From: Marinicella sp.
GTDB lineage: Bacteria > Pseudomonadota > Gammaproteobacteria > Xanthomonadales > Marinicellaceae
Assembly (NCBI GenBank): GCA_965230295.1
Contig: OZ246001.1
Coordinates: 2,912,001 to 2,976,000, forward strand
Direction: 5' to 3'
Length of the DNA: 64,000 nucleotides
Under the pieces are notes generated by a model that saw only the letters and a list, made by a program, of their open reading frames with translations, had not been told where the DNA came from and ran no database searches. Both the position numbers and the translations under genes were made by a program. Below, one piece after another: positions 51,675 to 62,033 of this stretch (positions are counted from its first letter, which is position 1; every line of letters starts with the position of its first letter).

Positions 51675-53084
51675 ATGAGACAGTTATTTAACAATCACCT
51701 TTTTCTGGGTTTCCTAGGCTTATTGTGTGCCCATGCAACGTTTGCCAAAGCGTTTGATGATTCAAAAATCATTGAAAAAATTGAAAACATCAGAGCCCAA
51801 CATGGTGTGGCTGCAGCCACTGTGATCCTGGTTCGTTCTGATCAGGTGTTGATCAAGCGAAATTTAGGGGTTGCTGATTGGGGCAGCAAAAAACCACTGT
51901 CTGAAGCTTCAATCTTTCGCATTGGTTCAATCAGTAAGGCATATGCAGGTATCCTGGCTTTGCGACTTGAAGCCCGGGGCATGATCAAACTCACCGATGA
52001 TGTGCGTGACTATGGCTTGTCACCCTATTTGAAAAACACCTTTCCCAAACAAGCCATCACGCTGGCGCAGTTGTTGGAGCATACGGCTGGATTGACTGAT
52101 CTGAGCAAGGCTGAATGGGATTATAATGAGGCCAGTGTCAGCAATTTAAAAAGTCGTTTTGAGTTAAAGTTGGGCAACCACCAAACAGTGTGGCCCCCAG
52201 GCATGCACAGTTCCTATAGCAATGTTGGGCCAGGCCTTTTTGGATTGGCCTTAGAAAATAAATTCGGAGTCAGCTATGAAACATTGATGCAACAACATGT
52301 TTTAGGCCCACTCCGAATGCAAAATACCAATCTATTGTTGACCGATGCAGTCAAGAAAAATTTGATGACCGGTTATGATCGTGATGGTAAAACCCAGATC
52401 CCTTATTGGCACAATGTTTATCGGCCCTTTGCAGCGATCAACACCAACAACCATGACATGGTGATTTGGTTACAAATGTTGCTTCATGATGGGCATCCAT
52501 TCCTTAGCAGCCTACAAAAGAAACGCTTGGGAACGCCCACCACCACTTTAGCGGCCAGTCATGGTTTAACTTATGGTTATGGTTTGGGCAGCTATCAGTG
52601 GCAAGTCAATGGACACAGTTTTTGGGGACATGGTGGCGATGCCGATGGCTATTTGAGCCGATATGGTGTCAACCCGGAATCGGGGATGGCTTATTTTGTG
52701 ATGATCAATGCTTTCAATCATCAACCTTTGAATGCCATGGTTGACTTGTTGGAAAACCACATTGTGAAAGATTTACCCAAACCCGATTATCCATTGCGCA
52801 TACAACTTCCATCGGCTGTGCTTGATTCATATGTGGGGTCCTACCAACCAGTAACCAAACGTTTCGGACGGCTACCTAAAAATCCATCACGTACACTGGA
52901 AATCACCCAAGCAGATAATCAACTTTATTATCGATACCAGTCAGGTTGTAAGCGTAACCTTTATGCGGTTAACCAGAATACGTTTAGATTCAGCCATCAC
53001 TCAACTGCCACTATGGGCTTTTTCCAGCATGGAGGAAAAATGTATTTCCAAGGTGATGCGGGTAATTTTATCCAGGTTGATTGA
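51675..53084 (+). CDS. Serine hydrolase, beta-lactamase class C/PBP-like family
   Basis: Signal peptide; SxxK (SISK), 'LLEHTAG', YSN and HGG motifs. Confidence 0.88.
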   Translation: MRQLFNNHLFLGFLGLLCAHATFAKAFDDSKIIEKIENIRAQHGVAAATVILVRSDQVLIKRNLGVADWGSKKPLSEASIFRIGSISKAYAGILALRLEARGMIKLTDDVRDYGLSPYLKNTFPKQAITLAQLLEHTAGLTDLSKAEWDYNEASVSNLKSRFELKLGNHQTVWPPGMHSSYSNVGPGLFGLALENKFGVSYETLMQQHVLGPLRMQNTNLLLTDAVKKNLMTGYDRDGKTQIPYWHNVYRPFAAINTNNHDMVIWLQMLLHDGHPFLSSLQKKRLGTPTTTLAASHGLTYGYGLGSYQWQVNGHSFWGHGGDADGYLSRYGVNPESGMAYFVMINAFNHQPLNAMVDLLENHIVKDLPKPDYPLRIQLPSAVLDSYVGSYQPVTKRFGRLPKNPSRTLEITQADNQLYYRYQSGCKRNLYAVNQNTFRFSHHSTATMGFFQHGGKMYFQGDAGNFIQVD

Positions 53085-53181
53085 AGCTGTTGTACAGATT
53101 CAGTTGGCTGGCATTCCATGAATGTAACCCCATAAGAACATGACTTTGTTAGAATGGTTGTTTTGGCACAAATTATTGAAG

Positions 53182-54750
53182 ATGAAACACCTTAAATTGT
53201 TTTGGACTGTATTGCTGTTGCCAGCCTGTTTGCATGCAGGTGGGTTGTCGACCTTAACCCTACCGACCCGGCCTGATTGTGAAGGCCTTTATTTTATAGA
53301 CATTCAAGCCAGTTACCCCGGGGTAGATTTTGCCAATTTGGACCGCTTGTACATACCCCAAGGACATTACAGTTTCATCAGGTTGGGTAATTTACCTGAC
53401 AAAACTGCCGTCAATCCATTGGTCATCACCAACACCGGTGGCCAGGTAAGGGTTGGGGGTTGTGCTCACCATTACAATTTTGTCGTCTCAGGAGGCAGTC
53501 ATTGGAAGTTGACAGGTGAATACCAACTGACTGAAGCGACTGGAGATGCCCAATTTGTTGGTCACGCCAACGGACAATATGCACACTCTTATGATCAATA
53601 TGGCATTTTGATTGATGCTGAATATGGGCCTGGTAATATTGGTTTAAGTGTTGCAGGTGGGTCAACAGATTTTGCAGTGAGCTTCCTTGAAGTGAGGAAG
53701 TTGGGTTTTGCAGGCATGATGTTTAAGACCGACAACGATGGCAATGCACACATGGATAATGTGAAAATTCATGATAACTATATTCATGACACCATCAGTG
53801 AAGGGGTTTATTTGGGCAGCACCCAAAGCCAACCACAACACAAATTTACCAACCTTGAATTTTATAACAACCGCTTGATCAGGACGGGCACAGAAATTGG
53901 CCAATTCGGCAACCTTGGTGACAACAGTCGCATTCACCACAATGTGTTTTTATTGGGTGCTCTGGAGTGGAAAAACCCATTCCAAAATTTTCAGGACAGC
54001 AGCATCCAATTAGGCCATCGGGAAGGCAGCATGTCATTTGACCACAACATCGTGATTGGCGGGGCCAGTAATAACTTAATCTTCTTCAATCCTGATGTGG
54101 CCGGCGATCAACACACGGTGAATGACTTGGTCAACATCCATGACAATTATTTCGGGTTTTCACGAAACATTGGTGTATATATCCATTCATCCAGTGACGG
54201 TGTCAAACAAATTGAATTCAACAACAATTATTTTACTGAAGTGGTGTTCAGTTACGATGAACTCAATCCGGGAAGCACCAATCACCAACGCATCATCAGG
54301 TCATTCAATGCCGACAATCCTATTGGTTTAAATAACAACATTTATGAACCTCAAGCCGGGCAAAGTTTTTATGCGGGTTTTTCTAACATCACAGACAATA
54401 ATAATCAGCCTTCAAGCATTGATGACATTCCGTTTTACCAATTGGGGTGGCCTGGTTCTGGCGATTATTTCACCATGGAAATTTGGACGGCCTTAGATAC
54501 ACATGGTGAAACGGTCACCTACCAAGCAGGCGACTTGGTGGTTCATCTAGGCAGTATTTATGAAGCACAAAGAACCATAGACTACCAAGTCGATAATCAA
54601 GTCTCACCGGATAACGCACTGGTTACAGATTGGCTACTGAAACCACCCATGGCTGATGACGTCAGGCAGTTGTTCAACTCTCCATTTGCACACATTGGGT
54701 TGTTGGACCAAGTCTTGAGTGATGTGATTTTTGCTGATGGGTTTGAATGA
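53182..54750 (+). CDS. Secreted right-handed parallel beta-helix protein with a possible CBM5/12-like module; C-terminal DVIFADGFE motif
   Basis: Signal peptide from ATG 53182 (the ORF track starts at 53140). Repeated 'IHDNY/FYNN/IHHN' beta-helix turns and a 'YQAGDLVVHLGSIYEA' CBM-like segment. Confidence 0.7.
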   Translation: MKHLKLFWTVLLLPACLHAGGLSTLTLPTRPDCEGLYFIDIQASYPGVDFANLDRLYIPQGHYSFIRLGNLPDKTAVNPLVITNTGGQVRVGGCAHHYNFVVSGGSHWKLTGEYQLTEATGDAQFVGHANGQYAHSYDQYGILIDAEYGPGNIGLSVAGGSTDFAVSFLEVRKLGFAGMMFKTDNDGNAHMDNVKIHDNYIHDTISEGVYLGSTQSQPQHKFTNLEFYNNRLIRTGTEIGQFGNLGDNSRIHHNVFLLGALEWKNPFQNFQDSSIQLGHREGSMSFDHNIVIGGASNNLIFFNPDVAGDQHTVNDLVNIHDNYFGFSRNIGVYIHSSSDGVKQIEFNNNYFTEVVFSYDELNPGSTNHQRIIRSFNADNPIGLNNNIYEPQAGQSFYAGFSNITDNNNQPSSIDDIPFYQLGWPGSGDYFTMEIWTALDTHGETVTYQAGDLVVHLGSIYEAQRTIDYQVDNQVSPDNALVTDWLLKPPMADDVRQLFNSPFAHIGLLDQVLSDVIFADGFE

Positions 54751-54755
54751 CCTGA

Positions 54756-55047
54756 TAAAGGAATGTTCTTGCGGTTTCACTGAAATTGTTCCAAACAAAA
54801 CAGAAAGCGAATGCTTACATGGATGTAAGTATGCAGCGATAGCAGGCAGGAATTGTTCCAAACAATTCTCTGCATTCACCCCGTCCTAGGGATCGATGCG
54901 GTAGCTGCCGAGGCGAACATAAGTGACTACATCGCACGCACTACGGCATTCAAATCGGACTTCTTTATCTTCGATAAAACCGCCCAACTTTCATCACCTA
55001 CGTTGCCTAATCGGCTTCATGAATCAAGCTGTTATGCAGCTTTTCAA
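54756..55047. mobile_element. Modular palindromic non-autonomous element, family A, intermediate copy (~290 bp)
   Basis: Starts taaaggaatgttct and contains the family core (54913-54994). The module cttacatggatgtaag and the end caagctgttatgcagctttt match the 37125 copy in inverted orientation. Confidence 0.75.
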
Positions 55048-55123
55048 TGACTTGCTGGAGACGATATGGCGTCTTTGCTATTTTATACACAGCGAGTTCT
55101 TGAGGATGGATAAATAGCGAAGA

Positions 55124-55155
55124 GTTAAAAGACCAGAAATATCTGGTCTTTTAAC
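55124..55155. terminator. Bidirectional terminator hairpin
   Basis: gttaaaagaccaga-aata-tctggtcttttaac. Confidence 0.7.
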
Positions 55156-55168
55156 ACAAACTCTTCCT

Positions 55169-56149
55169 TCATTTACTGGGTGGTGTAATTTTCCCGCTGA
55201 TTTTGAAAGACTTATCGTCTTTTTTGGGTTTAGTTGTTCCAATTGGAGTTCTTACCACAGAGACACCATCTCCTGTAAGCTTAAGTGGCGTACAGGTAGA
55301 AGTATCGCATGGATGATATTCATGAGTTTTTGTTAATGTGTATTGAAAACCTTTTATTTCGGTTGAAAAAGTTAATTGATAGCTTCTATTGGCACCTCCA
55401 GCACCTCCTGCGTCTACAAGTGAAGCAAATGCACCTCCGTCATCAGTTGTGCTGGTACCAGTGTCATCGTCATCAGACGTGGCTTCAGCACCAATTTTAA
55501 GCTTGTCGGTTATAAACTCATTTAACGGAATCAGGTCAGCCAGTTTTGTTGTGTCCACATTATTGGTTGCGCTGGTTAATGTACCATTAGCAGCCATAGT
55601 TATGTTTGTGTTAGTGGTAGAAAATGGATAAACTTTAGAGTTGAAAAGAAATGTTTGGGTATAGTCAACAATGACTTCAGGAATATATACATTCGATACC
55701 ATATATTCTTGTAACAAAGTTAAACTTGTTAGATTCGGGTCAGCCTCTGCAAGTAATATATTTTCATCAATCAATAATGAACTTGAATTCAATTTTTCTC
55801 TGATATATTGAAAAGCATTGGCCGCTGGAACATCATTTTGTTTTATATCAACCTCAGCTTCATTAACCCATTTCTCAAGTAAGCTTGAGTCGTAATTTTT
55901 TAGACTGATTGGGAAACTGGTATTTAATCCCAAAGCTTTGTTTTCTTTGCTGTCATCAAATACTTGATATTTGATGTTTGCAACAAGCCAGTTTCTGTTG
56001 ATTACTGTTGTTTGCTTAATGATTTGCTTATGTGAATAAAACGGTATTCCTTCTATCGAGTCTTTTAAACCCTTTTGATGAATTTTAAAAGTTGAACACC
56101 CAGATAAAATAGTAAGGCTTGTCATCAGTGCGAATAATTTGAATCTCAT
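55169..56149 (-). CDS. Hypothetical lipoprotein
   Basis: ATG 56149 gives MRFKLFALMTSLTILSG-C, a lipobox. The gene is AT-rich and encodes an acidic/Gly-rich linker. Confidence 0.7.
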   Translation of the reverse strand: MRFKLFALMTSLTILSGCSTFKIHQKGLKDSIEGIPFYSHKQIIKQTTVINRNWLVANIKYQVFDDSKENKALGLNTSFPISLKNYDSSLLEKWVNEAEVDIKQNDVPAANAFQYIREKLNSSSLLIDENILLAEADPNLTSLTLLQEYMVSNVYIPEVIVDYTQTFLFNSKVYPFSTTNTNITMAANGTLTSATNNVDTTKLADLIPLNEFITDKLKIGAEATSDDDDTGTSTTDDGGAFASLVDAGGAGGANRSYQLTFSTEIKGFQYTLTKTHEYHPCDTSTCTPLKLTGDGVSVVRTPIGTTKPKKDDKSFKISGKITPPSK

Positions 56150-56296
56150 ATTTAAGTACCTCTGTTTAGATATCAATATGTGTAATGATGGATTAACTCC
56201 TCTCACAACATTTAAATTAAAACTGCAGAAAAGCAATTACCCGTGGCCATTGTGAATAATATTTTTTTAACATCGTAAGTTGCTGGATATTCGTGA

Positions 56297-56722
56297 TTAA
56301 TTACCGTGGTACAAATATGGAACAATAAATGTCCAGCCTAATATCAATAAAGAAGCATACTCGGGTTTGAATGAAGTTCCCAAATATTCGGCTACTACTC
56401 CACCCAAGCTGATGACCCAAATAAAATATGAAATTAATGATATGAAAACAGCAGGCCATTGGACTTGATTGTTGGCCATGGTGTTTTTTGCCCTGACTAT
56501 GATCAAAGCAACAGCGCAAAAAATCAACCAAATTATATTGACTGCATCAATGTGCTTTTCTAAATCTTTAATAAATCCATATCCAATCAAATATAGGCCA
56601 ACAACCTCACTGGGAATTAGCTTCATTAATCTTTCTAAGTAACTATCAAAACCGTTATTGACATTATTGATGGTTTTGAAAGTTGTTTTTTTGTTTATTC
56701 TATAAATAGACATTATTCTCAC
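56297..56722 (-). CDS. Small 4-TM membrane protein of unknown function
   Basis: 141 aa (alternative ATG at 56713). 'YLERLMKLIPSEVVGLY' is followed by 4 hydrophobic helices. Starts 2 nt after the M4 protease stop. Confidence 0.7.
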   Translation of the reverse strand: MRIMSIYRINKKTTFKTINNVNNGFDSYLERLMKLIPSEVVGLYLIGYGFIKDLEKHIDAVNIIWLIFCAVALIIVRAKNTMANNQVQWPAVFISLISYFIWVISLGGVVAEYLGTSFKPEYASLLILGWTFIVPYLYHGN

Positions 56723-56724
56723 TC

Positions 56725-58467
56725 CTATACAATGCCAACAGATTTGTATGCTGCTCTGATGGCTTTTGTTTTGTTTTTGCTTTCATTGGGGTCGTTTGCG
56801 TAATACAAAGAAGCCACATTCAATATGGTTCTTCTACAATCAGTAAAAACTGACCTTCGATTTAATTTAGTCAACGTTAAATAATATAAGATGGCTACTT
56901 CTTCAGGGTTGAATAAGTAATTTGATGCTGTTTTTGTTGTGAGTACTTTGTATGCCGCTAAATTGTGAATTCCACTGTATATATGAACACCACCATGATC
57001 TTTGGTTATGGGTTTGTATTGGTTAAAGTGAGTAGGGTGGTTTGTTGCTGATGGGTCAGAAAAATCTCTCATCGGGCCTCCATTCGGGCCTAAACCATCT
57101 CCGATTTTCCAGTTCCAATAATCTATAGAATTTGGCGCACCTGGATACCAGTTATTGATAATGACACCAAAAATATCACTGAATGACTCATTCAAAGCTC
57201 CACTTAAACCTTTATATATTAGGTTTGCACTGGTTTGAGTGACCCCATGGGTTAATTCATGCCCGATTACATCAAGATAACGTGCCAAGCTTTTGGTGTT
57301 TCCTGCTTTATCTATGGTTTGTCCATACCACATTTTTTGTTTCCACCACACAGCATTAACCCACTCAGGATAGGGGTTAATGTTGTTTTTACTGTAATAG
57401 GAGTTGATTGCTGACTCAATCGCCATGCCTTGATCATCAATACCATTTCTTTTTAGTACGTCGTTGTAAAAATCAAATACTAAAGTTGCATTAGCATGTG
57501 CGGAAACAGCTGAATTATTAACGTTAGAAAAACTGGCTGAGCCATTCTTGATTGGATGATGCGGTAAATTTGGTGTAGGTATTTTATTTAGATCTTTGAA
57601 ATTATAATCGTAAGTTTTAATGTTTCTAATTGGGTCATACATGAGGTACTTACTTCCGTCGAAGAGAGTAGAAAAATCGCGGTTAATACCATGCTCATCC
57701 ATACCAGTACTTAGGGTGGGAATGTCTAACCTTGGAGTTGAGCTGAAATAATAAAATACTTCACCACTGTGTGCATCTACAAAATAGTCATATAAAAGCG
57801 AATCGTGACGGGGAGATTCACCAAGGCAGAAATCATATGAATCATTGCTGTTGTCATCAGTTTCTTCCTGTTTCGGAGCGATAGAAACTTGTTCAAAGTG
57901 AAAAGCCAATCTCCACTTGTCATTTTCTTCGTCAGCAAAAAAAACCAGATTTGGGGGTGAGGCGCTGAGGTGTTGTGAGGATTCACCTTCACTAAACTGT
58001 GTAATTTGGTTTAATGCATCGGATGCACTGATTTCTGCCAGTGGTGAAACATCAGGTCGACTTACCAAGTCGGCATCAATGCCTACTAGTGAATGTTCAA
58101 TAGAGTCAATTTCAACAGTGGCTTTGGCACCAAAAATTGGAATAGAGTGGCTGGTTTGAAGAAACTCAACTGTTCTGGTGCTAATTAATTTACTGGTATG
58201 AGTTTTTTTCATAATCAAATCAGGCATGATTTCAGGTCTATCTGGGGCTGTAAGTTCAGTTAAATCTTCTTGACCTAAAGATTCCAAGTAAGATTGTAAA
58301 AATAACCTTGAGGCATGTTCTTCATTGAGATTTTGTAAACTAGAGGCTAACTCGGGCGATCGTATGTTCACTGGGGTATTTAAATCTTTGCTCAGTGCTA
58401 ACAGCTTTGCTGGAGTTTTATCATCGGTTTCTGCAGCACTGAAATTAATTTTGAGAGTTTTCAGCAT
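56725..58467 (-). CDS. M4 (thermolysin) family metallopeptidase with an FTP/PepSY-like propeptide and no evident signal peptide
   Basis: HELTH, 'GALNESFSD', 'NAVW' and 'DHGGVHIYSG'; propeptide segment 'YFVDAHSGEV'. Confidence 0.9.
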   Translation of the reverse strand: MLKTLKINFSAAETDDKTPAKLLALSKDLNTPVNIRSPELASSLQNLNEEHASRLFLQSYLESLGQEDLTELTAPDRPEIMPDLIMKKTHTSKLISTRTVEFLQTSHSIPIFGAKATVEIDSIEHSLVGIDADLVSRPDVSPLAEISASDALNQITQFSEGESSQHLSASPPNLVFFADEENDKWRLAFHFEQVSIAPKQEETDDNSNDSYDFCLGESPRHDSLLYDYFVDAHSGEVFYYFSSTPRLDIPTLSTGMDEHGINRDFSTLFDGSKYLMYDPIRNIKTYDYNFKDLNKIPTPNLPHHPIKNGSASFSNVNNSAVSAHANATLVFDFYNDVLKRNGIDDQGMAIESAINSYYSKNNINPYPEWVNAVWWKQKMWYGQTIDKAGNTKSLARYLDVIGHELTHGVTQTSANLIYKGLSGALNESFSDIFGVIINNWYPGAPNSIDYWNWKIGDGLGPNGGPMRDFSDPSATNHPTHFNQYKPITKDHGGVHIYSGIHNLAAYKVLTTKTASNYLFNPEEVAILYYLTLTKLNRRSVFTDCRRTILNVASLYYANDPNESKNKTKAIRAAYKSVGIV

Positions 58468-58632
58468 CCTGATTCTCCTGTGTTGTCATTTTTTAAGTTT
58501 TAAATAGAATCCATATACTGGAACTATTAATAATCAATAGTGATCTCATGTTCAGAGTTCTCTCACATAAATCAATTAAGTAGCTTGAATAACAGTAAGT
58601 TGCGGTGAGAGTTTTTATAGGACCTGTGTAGC

Positions 58633-58697
58633 ATTGTCGACAATAACTGATTTAAAAATTGCAAAACAGCTTCAATGTGCTTATATTGTCGACAATA
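58633..58697 (+). promoter_or_regulatory. Sigma70-like promoter with two ATTGTCGACAAT palindromic operators (GntR-family propionate regulator sites)
   Basis: ATTGTCGACAAT at 58633-58644 and 58685-58696. TTGCAA (58659-58664) and TATATT (58682-58687) are 17 bp apart; the second operator overlaps the -10. Confidence 0.75.
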
Positions 58698-58724
58698 CTG
58701 TTAAAAATAGACGAATTCATACCA

Positions 58725-59387
58725 ATGAATCATATTGTTGATCCAGCTGTAACTACAACTGATCGAACCTTTATTCAATTACGTAATGACATTGTTGAAG
58801 GTGTGATTGCCGCAGGGTCAAAACTCAGTGAAGCCGAACTGGCAAATAAGTATGTTGTCAGCCGAGCAGTGATCCGAGAAGCCATTAATAGATTGGTGGC
58901 TTGCAATTTGATTGAACGCAAAGCGAATGTAGGTGCACGAGTTGTGGCGCTGAATTCAGGGGATCTCATAGAGCTGTACCAAGTTAGAGAATCACTTGAA
59001 GGTATGGCTGCAAGGTTAGCTGCTCAGCACATGACTGATTTAGAGATACTAGAGTTACAAGAGCTGTTGTCCAGATATACACACACAGTGGAAAAAGCTG
59101 CAACCTATTATCAAGAAGCTGGAGATGATGATTTTCATTATCGCATTGTACTAGGCAGTAAAAACAAGTATCTAATTTCTATGCTAATGGAAGGTATCTA
59201 CCATCTGATACGAATGTACAGGGTACAGTTTGGGATGGAAGGGCCTCGTGTGACACAAGCGTTGATTGAACACAATCAAATTGTTCAGGCTATAAGTAAT
59301 CGAGATGCAGAATTAGCAGAAATATTGATGCGTAGGCACATTCAATATACCAGAAATGACGTGCATGAAAATAAAATTGAACACTGA
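58725..59387 (+). CDS. GntR/FCD family transcriptional regulator of methylcitrate genes
   Basis: wHTH 'GSKLSEAELA..Y.VSR..IREA', FCD 'DDDFH...EH..I..AI...D'. Lies upstream of acnD; the likely ATG is 58725. Confidence 0.88.
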   Translation: MNHIVDPAVTTTDRTFIQLRNDIVEGVIAAGSKLSEAELANKYVVSRAVIREAINRLVACNLIERKANVGARVVALNSGDLIELYQVRESLEGMAARLAAQHMTDLEILELQELLSRYTHTVEKAATYYQEAGDDDFHYRIVLGSKNKYLISMLMEGIYHLIRMYRVQFGMEGPRVTQALIEHNQIVQAISNRDAELAEILMRRHIQYTRNDVHENKIEH

Positions 59388-59437
59388 TTGGAATAATTGA
59401 AAGAACTTAAATTAGGTAATCCCATTGAGAAACTACC

Positions 59438-62026
59438 ATGAATGAATTATATCGAAAAAAACTACCGGGAACCCAACTTGATTACTTTGACACCCGTGAG
59501 GCAGTTGATGCCATTCAACCAGGTGCCTATGAACAATTGCCGTTCACCTCAAAAGTACTGGCAGAAAATTTGGTGCGACGTTGTCCGCCTGAACATTTAA
59601 CTGCTTCATTGCAGCAAATCATCGAACGCAAGCGAGACCTGGATTTTCCCTGGTTTCCAGCCCGGGTGGTTTGTCATGACATTTTGGGCCAGACTGCTTT
59701 TGTTGATTTGGCCGGTTTGCGTGATGCGATCGCTGAAAAAGGAGGTGATCCGGCACAAATCAATCCAGTGGTGCCGACGCAATTGATTGTGGACCATTCA
59801 TTGGCCGTAGAGCACGCTGGCTTTGAAGAAGATGCTTTCGAGAAAAACCGTGCCATTGAAGACCGTCGTAACAAAGACCGTTTTCGCTTCATCAATTGGT
59901 GTAAAACGGCCTTTAAAAACGTCAATGTGGTGCCACCAGGTAATGGCATCATGCATCAAATCAACCTAGAGCGCATGTCGCCGGTGATTCAAAGCAGGGA
60001 AGGGGTGGCCTTTCCAGACACTTTGGTGGGTACCGATAGCCACACCCCGATGGTGGATGCTTTGGGTGTCATTTCTGTTGGTGTGGGTGGATTGGAAGCC
60101 GAAAGTGTGATGTTGGGGCGCGCTTCATACATGCGCCTACCAGACATCATTGGAGTCGAATTAACGGGGCAAGCCAAACCTGGCATCACCAGTACTGACA
60201 TTGTGTTGGCTTTGACTGAGTTCTTGCGCCATGAAAAAGTGGTTTCCAGTTATTTGGAATTCTATGGTCCTGGTGCCGATGCCATGACATTGGGTGAACG
60301 GGCCACCATTTCTAACATGACGCCTGAATTCGGTGCCACTGCAGCCATGTTTTACATTGATCAACAGACCATTGATTATTTAAGACTCACAGGCCGTGAT
60401 GAAGAACGGGTCAAGTTGGTAGAGACCTATGCCAAGCACACGGGTTTATGGGCTGATGACATGACTGCAGCGAAATATGAACGGGTGTTGACTTTTGACA
60501 TGTCTACGGTGGAACGCAACATAGCCGGCCCGTCCAATCCGCATGCCCGGGTGGCTGTGAAAGATTTGGCGGCCAAAGGCATCACGGGCGATTACCACAG
60601 CGAAGATGGCCTGATGCCAGATGGCGCCTGTATCATTGCGGCCATCACCAGTTGTACCAACACCTCCAACCCGCGCAACATGATTGCCGCAGGTTTGATC
60701 GCCCGCAACGCCAATAAGTTGGGACTGAAACGCAAGCCTTGGGTGAAAACCTCTTTGGCGCCTGGTTCCAAAGCAGTCACCTTGTACCTTGAAGAGTCTG
60801 AATTGTTGCCTGAGTTGGAAGAACTGGGCTTTGGCGTGGTGGCTTATGCCTGTACGTCTTGTAATGGCATGAGTGGTGCCTTAGACCCGGCCATCAAACA
60901 AGAAATCCTGGACCGCAAGTTGTATGCCACAGCCGTGTTATCCGGTAACCGCAATTTTGATGGCCGGATACATCCGCATGCCAGCGAAGCCTTTCTGGCC
61001 TCACCGCCGTTGGTGGTGGCCTATGCGATTGCCGGTTCGATCCGTTTTGACATTGAAAAAGATGTCTTAGGCCTGGATCAGGACGGCAATGAAATCAGGC
61101 TGAAAGACATTTGGCCTTCAGATGAAGAAGTCAATGCTGTGATCGCACAAAGTGTTAAACCCGAACATTTCACCCAAGTGTATGAGCCGATGTTCAACAT
61201 CCAAGACATCATCGCCAAGCACACCCCACCTTTGTATGACTGGGACAGCCGTTCGACTTACATCCAACGCCCACCGTATTGGGAAGGTGCTTTGGCCGGT
61301 GAACGCACCATGCGAGGCATGCGACCGTTGGCGGTTTTGGGTGACAACATCACCACCGATCATTTGTCGCCCTCCAATGCGATTCAGCTGTCCAGTGCCG
61401 CAGGTGCTTACCTGGCCAAGATGGGTTTGCCGGAAGAAGATTTCAATTCTTATGCCACCCACCGTGGTGATCACTTGACTGCACAGCGCGCGACCTTTGC
61501 CAATCCCAAGTTACTCAATGAAATGGTGCGCAATGAAGATGGCAGTGTCCGCCAAGGGTCGTTGGCACGTTTGGAGCCAGAAGGCGAAGTGATGCGCATG
61601 TGGGAAACCATTGAAACTTATATGGAACGCAAACAGCCATTGATCATCATAGCTGGCGCTGATTACGGCCAGGGCTCATCCCGTGACTGGGCTGCCAAAG
61701 GCGTTCGTTTAGCCGGTGTAGAAGTGATTGTGGCCGAAGGCTTTGAGCGCATCCACCGCACCAATTTGATTGGCATGGGTGTGTTGCCACTGGAATTCAC
61801 CAACGGGGAAACCCGCAAAACCTATGCCATTGATGGCACCGAAACTTATGATGTCAAAGGCGACATCAGCCCGGGTTCTGACATGACTGTGGTGATGACC
61901 CGGAAAAACGGTGAACAAGTGCTGATTCCAGTCATATCCAGACTCGATACCGCCGAAGAAGTTTCCATTTACGAAGCCGGTGGTGTGTTACAACGGTTTG
62001 CCAATGATTTTTTGGCAGCCAGTTGA
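59438..62026 (+). CDS. acnD: Fe/S-dependent 2-methylisocitrate dehydratase AcnD
   Basis: 862 aa aconitase family; 'DFPWFPARVVCHDILGQT', 'AITSCTNTSN', 'ACTSCNGMSG'; adjacent to prpF. Confidence 0.96.
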   Translation: MNELYRKKLPGTQLDYFDTREAVDAIQPGAYEQLPFTSKVLAENLVRRCPPEHLTASLQQIIERKRDLDFPWFPARVVCHDILGQTAFVDLAGLRDAIAEKGGDPAQINPVVPTQLIVDHSLAVEHAGFEEDAFEKNRAIEDRRNKDRFRFINWCKTAFKNVNVVPPGNGIMHQINLERMSPVIQSREGVAFPDTLVGTDSHTPMVDALGVISVGVGGLEAESVMLGRASYMRLPDIIGVELTGQAKPGITSTDIVLALTEFLRHEKVVSSYLEFYGPGADAMTLGERATISNMTPEFGATAAMFYIDQQTIDYLRLTGRDEERVKLVETYAKHTGLWADDMTAAKYERVLTFDMSTVERNIAGPSNPHARVAVKDLAAKGITGDYHSEDGLMPDGACIIAAITSCTNTSNPRNMIAAGLIARNANKLGLKRKPWVKTSLAPGSKAVTLYLEESELLPELEELGFGVVAYACTSCNGMSGALDPAIKQEILDRKLYATAVLSGNRNFDGRIHPHASEAFLASPPLVVAYAIAGSIRFDIEKDVLGLDQDGNEIRLKDIWPSDEEVNAVIAQSVKPEHFTQVYEPMFNIQDIIAKHTPPLYDWDSRSTYIQRPPYWEGALAGERTMRGMRPLAVLGDNITTDHLSPSNAIQLSSAAGAYLAKMGLPEEDFNSYATHRGDHLTAQRATFANPKLLNEMVRNEDGSVRQGSLARLEPEGEVMRMWETIETYMERKQPLIIIAGADYGQGSSRDWAAKGVRLAGVEVIVAEGFERIHRTNLIGMGVLPLEFTNGETRKTYAIDGTETYDVKGDISPGSDMTVVMTRKNGEQVLIPVISRLDTAEEVSIYEAGGVLQRFANDFLAAS

Positions 62027-62033
62027 TCAATAA

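Noticed and set aside
55100-58600. Prophage or integron context for the AT-rich island
   Set aside because: No integrase, phage genes, attC-like sites or flanking direct repeats were recognised.
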